Assembly (NCBI RefSeq): GCF_000148385.1
Contig: NC_014537.1
Location: 210,001 to 242,000, forward strand
Source of the DNA: Vulcanisaeta distributa DSM 14429
GTDB lineage: Archaea; Thermoproteota; Thermoprotei; Thermoproteales; Thermocladiaceae
Direction of reading: 5' to 3'
DNA length: 32,000 nt
Part shown: piece after piece, positions 24,724 to 31,476 of the stretch
How positions within the stretch are numbered: position 1 is the first letter of the stretch
Layout of the letters: each line of letters starts with the position of its first letter
Translations under genes and position numbers: made by a program
The notes under the pieces: generated by a model
Databases searched by the model: none
Seen by the model: the letters and a program-made list of their open reading frames with translations, nothing else
What the model was told of the DNA's origin: nothing

Positions 24724-25053
24724 ATGCCGAGCTCCAAGCCTGTCAATGGGCTTCCACACAAAACCAAGATATACATAAATAATCAAGTGCTGTTACCTGC
24801 GAAATTAATTAAGATGCTTGGGATTGAGTGGGCCAGGTATGCAGATATAACGATTAAGCACAACGATAGGATAATTACGTTAAGGAGAGTAGCTCTCCTC
24901 AGGACTAGGCATACGGCCAGTAGGCAGTTCACGATACCCAAGGAAATCAGGGAGAAGTACGGGATAATGCCACTGGATGATGTTGAAATAATCAGTATAA
25001 GGCCCATAAGGATTAAGGAGGTTGATGCAAGGCAATTAATACTTGATGAATGA
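24724..25053 (+). CDS. Small DNA-binding-type protein with two tandem SpoVT/AbrB-like half-domains
   Basis: Half 1 is NNQVLLPAKLIKMLGIEWARYADITIKHNDRIITLRRV and half 2 is RQFTIPKEIREKYGIMPLDDVEIISIRPI. Both fit the swapped-hairpin consensus (xxIPkeiRexlgixxGDxvei). Confidence 0.5.
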   Translation: MPSSKPVNGLPHKTKIYINNQVLLPAKLIKMLGIEWARYADITIKHNDRIITLRRVALLRTRHTASRQFTIPKEIREKYGIMPLDDVEIISIRPIRIKEVDARQLILDE

Positions 25054-25074
25054 TTTTAATGGGATGAAAGGGCA

Positions 25075-26391
25075 TTAGTGTGGCAATGAACTTTCCAGCA
25101 ATTTCCTAGTTGCATCATCAATATGCCCCTCGCTAATGTATGCCAGCTTACCATGGAGTATTGTCGCCACTACGGCAACATCAACCTCAAAGCCCTTAAA
25201 CGGTGAGTACTTAGCCTTAGACCTAAACTTCTCGGGCTCTATCCTATGCCTTGCCTTAGTGTTAATTATGGTTAAGTCAGCGCACGAACCCTGCTTAATG
25301 CCTACATTGAGTCCGAGGAATTTAGCTGGTCTCTCCTGGATCGCCCTCATTACGGTACCCAGGTCCACAAATCCACGGCGCCACAATGTGAGTAGGAGGG
25401 GTGCCGTTGTTTCGAGACCAACAATGCCTGGTGGTGCCTCGTCGTAAGGCTTATCCTTCTCCCAATCAGCATGAGGTGCGTGGTCGCTGGCCACGATGGG
25501 TACCTCGCCCCTAACAAACATTGCCAATAACTCCCTCCTCGTGGTCTCATCCCTAAGTGGCGGGTTGACCTTACAATACGCGGGCTTCTCAGCCCTGGCC
25601 AGGCACTCCTCCTGACTCAGTAGCATGTGGTGTGGGGTTACGTCGAAGGTGATGTCAAGGCCGCTTAACCTAATCATACTTATTGACTGTGGGAGTGTTA
25701 TATGCGTTATGTGGACCTTAGTGCCATACCTATACACTAGCCTGATGACATTATGTACGCAGGCCAACTCAGCCCTTGGGCCCCTAATTGCATTATGGTA
25801 CTCAAAGCCCCTGGGACCACTGTACTGATTAATGATTATTGGATCCTCACAATGCATTATGACTGGGATGCCAACCCTAGCCGCCTCCCTAAATAGGGAT
25901 TCAAGGTATTGGTCACCACCATACTCAAGAACCTCCTCAGGGAAAACCTCACCAACCGCGTAGGCACCATTATTAAGTGCGTCCTTAAGCAGTGACGGGT
26001 CTTGAGGGGCTCCAAAGTAATGCCTAATGTGTAGGTTCGTCTTCTTACCAAACTCCTCGATCTTTCTCCTCAACAACTCCACAGTCTTTATCGGAGGTCT
26101 TGTATTAGGCATTTCGCCAACAGCCGTATAACCACCAGCTAACGCGGCCTGCGTCCCACTAATTGCGTCCTCCTTATAGGATAGGTCAAAATCCCTGAAA
26201 TGAACGTGAACATCCACGAGACCAGGAAGAACCAGGTACTGATTCGGCAATTCCAACTTATTCCCTGCTTCAATGGGTTCATTACCGATGTACGCGATCT
26301 CGCTACCCGTAATACCTATGTAAACCTCCCTAACACCACCCCTTACATAGGCCCTAGCCTTAATTAGCACGTCAACCTTAGAAACACCCAT
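25075..26391 (-). CDS. pyrC: Dihydroorotase (cyclic amidohydrolase superfamily)
   Basis: LPGLVDVHVHFRDF (HxH metal site), KEDAISGTQAALAGGYTAVGEMPNTRPP and SDHAPH motifs are characteristic of class I DHOase. Confidence 0.75.
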   Translation of the reverse strand: MGVSKVDVLIKARAYVRGGVREVYIGITGSEIAYIGNEPIEAGNKLELPNQYLVLPGLVDVHVHFRDFDLSYKEDAISGTQAALAGGYTAVGEMPNTRPPIKTVELLRRKIEEFGKKTNLHIRHYFGAPQDPSLLKDALNNGAYAVGEVFPEEVLEYGGDQYLESLFREAARVGIPVIMHCEDPIIINQYSGPRGFEYHNAIRGPRAELACVHNVIRLVYRYGTKVHITHITLPQSISMIRLSGLDITFDVTPHHMLLSQEECLARAEKPAYCKVNPPLRDETTRRELLAMFVRGEVPIVASDHAPHADWEKDKPYDEAPPGIVGLETTAPLLLTLWRRGFVDLGTVMRAIQERPAKFLGLNVGIKQGSCADLTIINTKARHRIEPEKFRSKAKYSPFKGFEVDVAVVATILHGKLAYISEGHIDDATRKLLESSLPH

Positions 26392-26408
26392 TAATGAGTA
26401 GTTGCTGG

Positions 26409-26421
26409 CCCTAAATTAAAG
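26409..26421 (-). promoter_or_regulatory. TATA-like box (minus strand GCTTTAATTTAGG) of pyrC
   Basis: Centred about 24 nt upstream of the ATG at 26391, directly after the sufC stop. Confidence 0.35.
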
Positions 26422-26434
26422 CTATTCGTTGTGA

Positions 26435-27199
26435 TTACACGTTCAGCTTCACTACCTCCTTAAAGAACCTCTCATAGCCCATACTCTCTATCATCTTAAC
26501 GACCTCCTCACCACCAACGTGAATAACGGAGCCCTTAGCCATCACGATAACCCTAGTGGGCTTAACATAGTGAAGTATCTCTGCGTGGTGCGTGGTGACT
26601 AGTATTGCCGTACCCTCCTGGGCAAGCTTCGCAATTGACCTGCCTATTATGGCTATACCATCAACATCAAGCCCTGAGTCAGGCTCATCAAGCATTGCCA
26701 CCTTGGGCTTGTACATTAGTAACTGAAGCATCTCAGCTCTCTTAGACTCACCACCACTGAACCCAGCATGCACACCCCTCGACAGGTGCTCAGGCTTCAG
26801 ACCAAGCTCAGTTGTCAACTTGGTCATTTCAGCAACGACCTGTGGCGGTGGCGGATCCGTTATTCGCTTACCAGCCTTCTTATTGAGCATAGCCGTTATT
26901 AAGGTCGAGAGCCTAACCTCGGGTACAGGGGTTGGATTTTGCAGGGCAAGTAGTATTCCCCTCTGAACCCTTTCCTCAGGGTATAACTTCAGTATCGACT
27001 CACCATCAAGTTTAATGTCGCCATTAACCACATTGTACCTTGGATGACCTGCAATGGTTAGGAATAGTGTTGTCTTACCGCTGCCGTTGGGCCCCATTAT
27101 GGCGACAACCTCGCCGGATTCCACGGTCAAATTGACATTATTTAGTATTCTCTTACCATCAACCTCAACACTTAGATTAATTACCTCAAGCCTTGTCAT
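26435..27199 (-). CDS. sufC: Fe-S cluster assembly ATPase SufC
   Basis: Walker A GPNGSGKTT, the ABC signature FSGGESKR, Walker B AMLDEPDSGLD, and the SufC-typical N-terminus (LEVINLSVEVDGKRIL) and HPRY segment are present. Confidence 0.9.
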   Translation of the reverse strand: MTRLEVINLSVEVDGKRILNNVNLTVESGEVVAIMGPNGSGKTTLFLTIAGHPRYNVVNGDIKLDGESILKLYPEERVQRGILLALQNPTPVPEVRLSTLITAMLNKKAGKRITDPPPPQVVAEMTKLTTELGLKPEHLSRGVHAGFSGGESKRAEMLQLLMYKPKVAMLDEPDSGLDVDGIAIIGRSIAKLAQEGTAILVTTHHAEILHYVKPTRVIVMAKGSVIHVGGEEVVKMIESMGYERFFKEVVKLNV

Positions 27200-27220
27200 T
27201 ATTGGTCACGTAGCTTCTGT

Positions 27221-27250
27221 GACACTGATTAAAAACTTTTCGGCAGTGTC
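27221..27250. promoter_or_regulatory. Perfect 7-bp inverted repeat GACACTG-N16-CAGTGTC; the spacer contains the sufC TATA-like box (candidate operator)
   Basis: Read directly. The spacer ATTAAAAACTTTTCGG reads AAGTTTTTAAT on the minus strand, about 32 nt upstream of the sufC ATG. A paralogous copy lies at 28802..28831. Confidence 0.5.
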
Positions 27251-27288
27251 TATGTAGGGTAGGCTTATCATTAGAAAACTTAATAATG

Positions 27289-27297
27289 AATAAAATG
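27289..27297 (+). promoter_or_regulatory. TATA-like box (AATAAAATG) of sufB copy 1
   Basis: Centred about 28 nt upstream of ATG 27321. Confidence 0.35.
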
Positions 27298-27320
27298 ATT
27301 AGTATTCTAATGAATAGTTT

Positions 27321-28742
27321 ATGAGTAGGGATGGTGTAAAGCTTGAGATTGTGAAGACCGAGGAATACTCAAGCCTGTTAGGTCGTGCAAGACCCATTAA
27401 GTGGGAGGTGGAAATTAGGGGTAGAATTACGAGGGATGTTATTGAGGAGATCAGTAGGGTCAGGGGTGAGCCTGATTGGATGAGGAGATTGAGGTTGAGG
27501 GCGTTGGAAATGTTTGAGAGACAACCCTGGCCTAATTGGCTTCCGCTTGAGGGCAACGTAGACCTGGAGTCCCTGGTTTTGTATGCTAAGCCTAGTGTTG
27601 AGAGGGCAAGGTCATGGGATGAGTTACCCAGGGAGTTGAGGGAGTATTATGAGGCGTTGAGGATACCCGAGCTGGAGGCCAGGGTTTTATCTGGGGTTAT
27701 TGGGCAGGTAGACGGTGGTATTGTCTATGAAAGTGTGAAGAAGGACCTTGAGAAGGCTGGCGTGATCGCGATGAGTATGGACGAGGCAGTTAAGAGGTAC
27801 CCCGATTTAGTTAAACAGTACTTTGCCAGGGTATTCCCACCTGAGTATAAATTCGCGTCACTAAACATAGCGCTTTGGGGTGGTGGTGTGTTTGTCTACG
27901 TACCACCCGGTGTTCATGTTAAGATGCCCATTGAATTAGTAATCCTAATAAGCAGCGCTGGCGTTGGCCAGTTCGAGCATTCATTAATCATCGTTGGTGA
28001 AAACGCTAACGCGGAGTTCATAGTTGCCTGTGCGGCTCCAGTATTCACAGGGCTTAGCTTACACGACGGCATGACTGAGGCATACATACACAGGGGCGCC
28101 AGGGTTAAGTTAGTGGATCTGAAGAACTGGAGTAAGGATGTTATTTACTTCGGCAATAACAGAGCAATTCTCGAGGAGAATGTAAGCGTTGATTGGTTGA
28201 GCGGCTCCTTGGGTGGTAAGGTTACGATCGTATACCCAATGAGTGTCCTTAAGGGAGTTAATTCCAGGACCACTGTGACAAGCGTAGCCCTTGCTAATGG
28301 GCCAACGTGGAAGGAGGAAGGCGCTAAGGTATTCCATAGTGCTCCGCATACGTATAGTAAGGTCGTGAGTAAGGGCGTTAGCCTAAACGGCGGTACGTCC
28401 GTGTATAGGGGGCTTGTTTATGTTAGGGAGGGCGCCAAGTACGCCAGATCATCCGTGAACTGCGAGTCCCTCATTCTAGATGATAAATCTAAGGCATACA
28501 CAATACCCCATGAGCAGGTTTTTGAGGAGACGGCCATAGTCACGCATGAAGCCTATACCGGTAGAATTGGTGAGGATAAATTGTTTTACCTACGTAGTCG
28601 TGGCCTTAGTGAGGAGGAGGCTCGCAGCCTTGTAGTCCTTGGTTACTTCCATGACATCATGGTCAACTTACCCGTTGAGTACGTGTCCATATTCAATAAG
28701 GCCATTGAGTTGGAGCTCTCGAGGATGGGCGGTGTTGGGTAG
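27321..28742 (+). CDS. sufB: Fe-S cluster assembly scaffold protein SufB (paralog 1)
   Basis: It is a SufBD-family beta-helix protein with C-terminal SVNCESLILDD...HEAYTGRIGEDKLFYLRSRGLSEEEA, typical of SufB. Confidence 0.9.
   Translation: MSRDGVKLEIVKTEEYSSLLGRARPIKWEVEIRGRITRDVIEEISRVRGEPDWMRRLRLRALEMFERQPWPNWLPLEGNVDLESLVLYAKPSVERARSWDELPRELREYYEALRIPELEARVLSGVIGQVDGGIVYESVKKDLEKAGVIAMSMDEAVKRYPDLVKQYFARVFPPEYKFASLNIALWGGGVFVYVPPGVHVKMPIELVILISSAGVGQFEHSLIIVGENANAEFIVACAAPVFTGLSLHDGMTEAYIHRGARVKLVDLKNWSKDVIYFGNNRAILEENVSVDWLSGSLGGKVTIVYPMSVLKGVNSRTTVTSVALANGPTWKEEGAKVFHSAPHTYSKVVSKGVSLNGGTSVYRGLVYVREGAKYARSSVNCESLILDDKSKAYTIPHEQVFEETAIVTHEAYTGRIGEDKLFYLRSRGLSEEEARSLVVLGYFHDIMVNLPVEYVSIFNKAIELELSRMGGVG
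27559..27622 (+). repeat. 64-nt tract 100% identical to 29056..29119 in the sufB paralog
   Basis: A base-by-base comparison shows that the flanking bases differ on both sides and that nearby synonymous sites are heavily diverged. Confidence 0.9.
28401..28444 (+). repeat. 44-nt tract 100% identical to 29901..29944 in the sufB paralog
   Basis: Base-by-base comparison. It encodes VYRGLVYVREGAKYA in both copies. Confidence 0.9.
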
Positions 28743-28770
28743 TTCATTATAAGTTATTTCCGGGGACTGG

Positions 28771-28780
28771 TTTTTAAGTA
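28771..28780 (+). promoter_or_regulatory. TATA-like box (TTTTTAAGTA) of sufB copy 2
   Basis: Centred about 25 nt upstream of GTG 28800. Confidence 0.4.
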
Positions 28781-28799
28781 GCAACAGTAAAGAGGTTCG

Positions 28800-30242
28800 G
28801 TGACACTGATGAGCAATAATTCGGCAGAGTCTTTGAAGACCGTTATTGAAAGAAGCTCCGTTGAGGAATTACTCGGCCCAGAAATGGAGTTTGTTCCTTG
28901 GGAGGCCGTGATTAAGGGCAGGATAACGAAGGACATGATTGAGGAAATTAGTCGAATCAAGGGCGAGCCTGATTGGATGAGGAGGCTTAGGCTTAGGGCC
29001 CTTGAAATGTTCGAGAAGTTACCAGAGCCTAAGTGGTTACCGATTAAGGAGGAAATAGACCTGGAGTCCCTGGTTTTGTATGCTAAGCCTAGTGTTGAGA
29101 GGGCAAGGTCATGGGATGACGTGCCTAAGGAGATCAGGAAGTACTACGAGGCATTGGGAATGCCGGAGCTCGAAGCTAAGGTATTGGCTGGATTACTTGG
29201 TCAGTTTGACTCAGAGGTTGTTTATTTACATGTTAAGAAGTACCTTGAGGAGAAGGGCGCGGTAGTAACCACGATGGATGAAGCCGTTAAGAAATACCCA
29301 GACATCGTCAAGCAGTACTTCGCCAAAATATTCCCACCCGGTGAGCATAAGTTCGCAGCACTGCACGTGGCATTATGGAGCGGAGGCACCTTCGTCTATG
29401 TACCACCAGGCGTTAAACTCGACATGCCAATAGAGTCCTTCTTCCTAATAGGTAGTTCCGGCGAGGGTCAGTTTGAGCATTCGTTAATAATAGCTGATGA
29501 GGGCGCGAGCGTTGAGTGGCTTGAGGGCTGCGCAGCCCCCGTTTACAGGGGCTTCAGCTTCCACGATGGCATGGTTGAGGGTTACGCAGCGAGGAACGCC
29601 CATTTAAGGATTAATACAATACAGAACTGGAGTAGGAACATAATCAACTTTAATAATAAGAGGGCTGTGGCCATGGAGAACTCGACAGTTGAGTGGGTTG
29701 AGGGTAGCCTTGGTAGTAAGGTTAGTTATACATACCCAAGCACGGTGCTTAAGGGTGAGGGTGCGAAGACGAGTATAATAGGCGTGACTATAGCCAACGG
29801 CCCATTCTGGAAGGAGAATGGGGCTAAGGCGTATCACGATGCACCAAGGACATCAAGTAAGATAGTCAATAAGAGCGTGAGTATAAATGGGGGTACAGTA
29901 GTGTATAGGGGGCTTGTTTATGTTAGGGAGGGCGCCAAGTACGCTAAGTCCTCTGTATCATGTGACTCATTAATCCTTGATGACAGATCCAGGGCATACA
30001 CGATACCTCACGACCAAGTTTTTGAGGAGACGGCCACGGTTACTCACGAGGCGTATACAGGGAGGATTAGTGAGGATAAGCTATTCTACCTACGTAGTAG
30101 GGGTTTTGATGAGGGTACCGCTAGGAGCCTAGTGGTTCTTGGCTTTATTCAGGACATAACCGTTAGATTGCCCACGGAATACGCAATGACATTGAATAGG
30201 GTTATTGAGCTTGAGTTTAGTAAATTGTCTAAGGTAGGATGA
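28800..30242 (+). CDS. sufB: Fe-S cluster assembly scaffold protein SufB (paralog 2)
   Basis: It is full-length and collinear with paralog 1 (roughly two-thirds identical residues by eye), with SVSCDSLILDD...HEAYTGRISEDKLFYLRSRGFDEGTA. Confidence 0.9.
   Translation: MTLMSNNSAESLKTVIERSSVEELLGPEMEFVPWEAVIKGRITKDMIEEISRIKGEPDWMRRLRLRALEMFEKLPEPKWLPIKEEIDLESLVLYAKPSVERARSWDDVPKEIRKYYEALGMPELEAKVLAGLLGQFDSEVVYLHVKKYLEEKGAVVTTMDEAVKKYPDIVKQYFAKIFPPGEHKFAALHVALWSGGTFVYVPPGVKLDMPIESFFLIGSSGEGQFEHSLIIADEGASVEWLEGCAAPVYRGFSFHDGMVEGYAARNAHLRINTIQNWSRNIINFNNKRAVAMENSTVEWVEGSLGSKVSYTYPSTVLKGEGAKTSIIGVTIANGPFWKENGAKAYHDAPRTSSKIVNKSVSINGGTVVYRGLVYVREGAKYAKSSVSCDSLILDDRSRAYTIPHDQVFEETATVTHEAYTGRISEDKLFYLRSRGFDEGTARSLVVLGFIQDITVRLPTEYAMTLNRVIELEFSKLSKVG
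28802..28831. promoter_or_regulatory. Second, slightly degenerate copy of the GACACTG-N16-CAG(A)GTC element, at the very 5' end of sufB2
   Basis: 28800..28833 matches 27219..27252 in 11+8+4 flanking positions with identical spacing. One arm carries a mismatch. Confidence 0.4.
29056..29119 (+). repeat. Partner of the 64-nt identical tract (see 27559..27622)
   Basis: Base-by-base comparison. Confidence 0.9.
29901..29944 (+). repeat. Partner of the 44-nt identical tract (see 28401..28444)
   Basis: Base-by-base comparison. Confidence 0.9.
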
Positions 30243-30251
30243 CTTAAAAGA
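30243..30251 (+). promoter_or_regulatory. TATA-like box (CTTAAAAGA) upstream of sufD
   Basis: Centred about 27 nt upstream of ATG 30274. Confidence 0.3.
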
Positions 30252-30273
30252 GCCTAGGGCTAGGTGGTTTTGA

Positions 30274-31476
30274 ATGGGTAAGTGGCTTAATGAATTGAAG
30301 CTTAGGGCTAGGGAGCTCGCCCAGAAGATACCGTATCAACAAATCAGGGACTCACCATCGGTTAAGTACTACACCGACTGGAATGCCTTTGAGAGGTGCG
30401 CTGACCCAAGCCCTGAGGACCTATCTAAGTACTCGGCAATTAACATACCTTATGAGCTAAACATAGCCTCTATAAACGGTAATGTAAATATTACGAAGGT
30501 ACCGAGCGGCATTACTGCAATAAGCATTAACGATCTTGGTGAGGAGCTTGGTAAATTACTGTTTAAATCAATAGATATATCAGAGTCTAAGGCCCTGGCG
30601 CGTCATGTAGCCAATCTAGTTAATGGTGTTTATATCGAGGTTAATGAAGACTTAAGGGAACCGCTTAGGATAGGCGTAGTCACGTCATTACTAAAGCAGG
30701 CATTATTGCCAATGCACTACACAATACTTATTGGCGATGGAGTCAATGCATCACTTAGTCTATTCATGCTCGGTCTCGGTGGTTGCCCATCAACTACGGT
30801 AGAGATTTACCTGGGCAGAAACTCTAAGTTGAATGTATTATTCACAAGCACGCATGAGCAATTACCCACCTACTCACTGATTAAGGTCGTAGCAGGCGAT
30901 GAATCATCAATAACCGCTAGAACACTAATTATGGGAGGGTCAATGAACCACCACAGGGAGGACTACTTACTACAGGGTAGGAGGAGCAGCCTAAATCACC
31001 TGGGCCTTGAGGTTGGTTATGGGGTGTCGAGGATTGATTACCAGGTGAATGCAATGCACACCGGTGAGTATGGTACGAGCTATTCAAAGGTCCTGGGCAT
31101 AGCCAGGGATAAATCCTTCATAATACATAGGGCTTTGGGCAGGGTAACGGAAAGCGCTAAGTGGAGTGACACTAATGTTGAGGGTAAGGTCTTCGTAATG
31201 AATGAGGGCGCCTACGCAGCCTCGGTACCAATAATCATGGTAGATACTGGCGATGTGAGTGGGGCAAGGCACAGCGCGGCGGATGCGTCGCCGGATGAGG
31301 ACCAGGTTAATTACCTTAGGCTCAGGGGTATCAGTAGGGATGAGGTCACAGACCTAATAATACATGAGGTAACTTCCCAATTTATTGACTCACTACCGAG
31401 TGAATTCTCATATGATGCTGAGGTAATAAGGTCATTAGTAATGGGCAAGTTAATGATAAGGCAGGGCACTACTTAA
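30274..31476 (+). CDS. sufD: Fe-S cluster assembly protein SufD (SufBD family)
   Basis: It is 400 aa. The C-terminal ARHSAADASPDEDQVNYLRLRGISRDEVTDLII is collinear with the SufB C-terminus but lacks the SufB-type Cys segment. It sits directly after sufB. Confidence 0.75.
   Translation: MGKWLNELKLRARELAQKIPYQQIRDSPSVKYYTDWNAFERCADPSPEDLSKYSAINIPYELNIASINGNVNITKVPSGITAISINDLGEELGKLLFKSIDISESKALARHVANLVNGVYIEVNEDLREPLRIGVVTSLLKQALLPMHYTILIGDGVNASLSLFMLGLGGCPSTTVEIYLGRNSKLNVLFTSTHEQLPTYSLIKVVAGDESSITARTLIMGGSMNHHREDYLLQGRRSSLNHLGLEVGYGVSRIDYQVNAMHTGEYGTSYSKVLGIARDKSFIIHRALGRVTESAKWSDTNVEGKVFVMNEGAYAASVPIIMVDTGDVSGARHSAADASPDEDQVNYLRLRGISRDEVTDLIIHEVTSQFIDSLPSEFSYDAEVIRSLVMGKLMIRQGTT

Noticed and set aside
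27054-27257. A 67-aa plus-strand ORF that ends in the sufC-sufB spacer. Its last 12 codons (VTLIKNFSAVSM) are homologous to the N-terminus of SufB2 (MTLMSNNSAES).
   Set aside because: Most of the ORF is antisense to sufC. The homology is confined to the 34-nt palindromic element, which I report as a regulatory element or relic, not as a gene.
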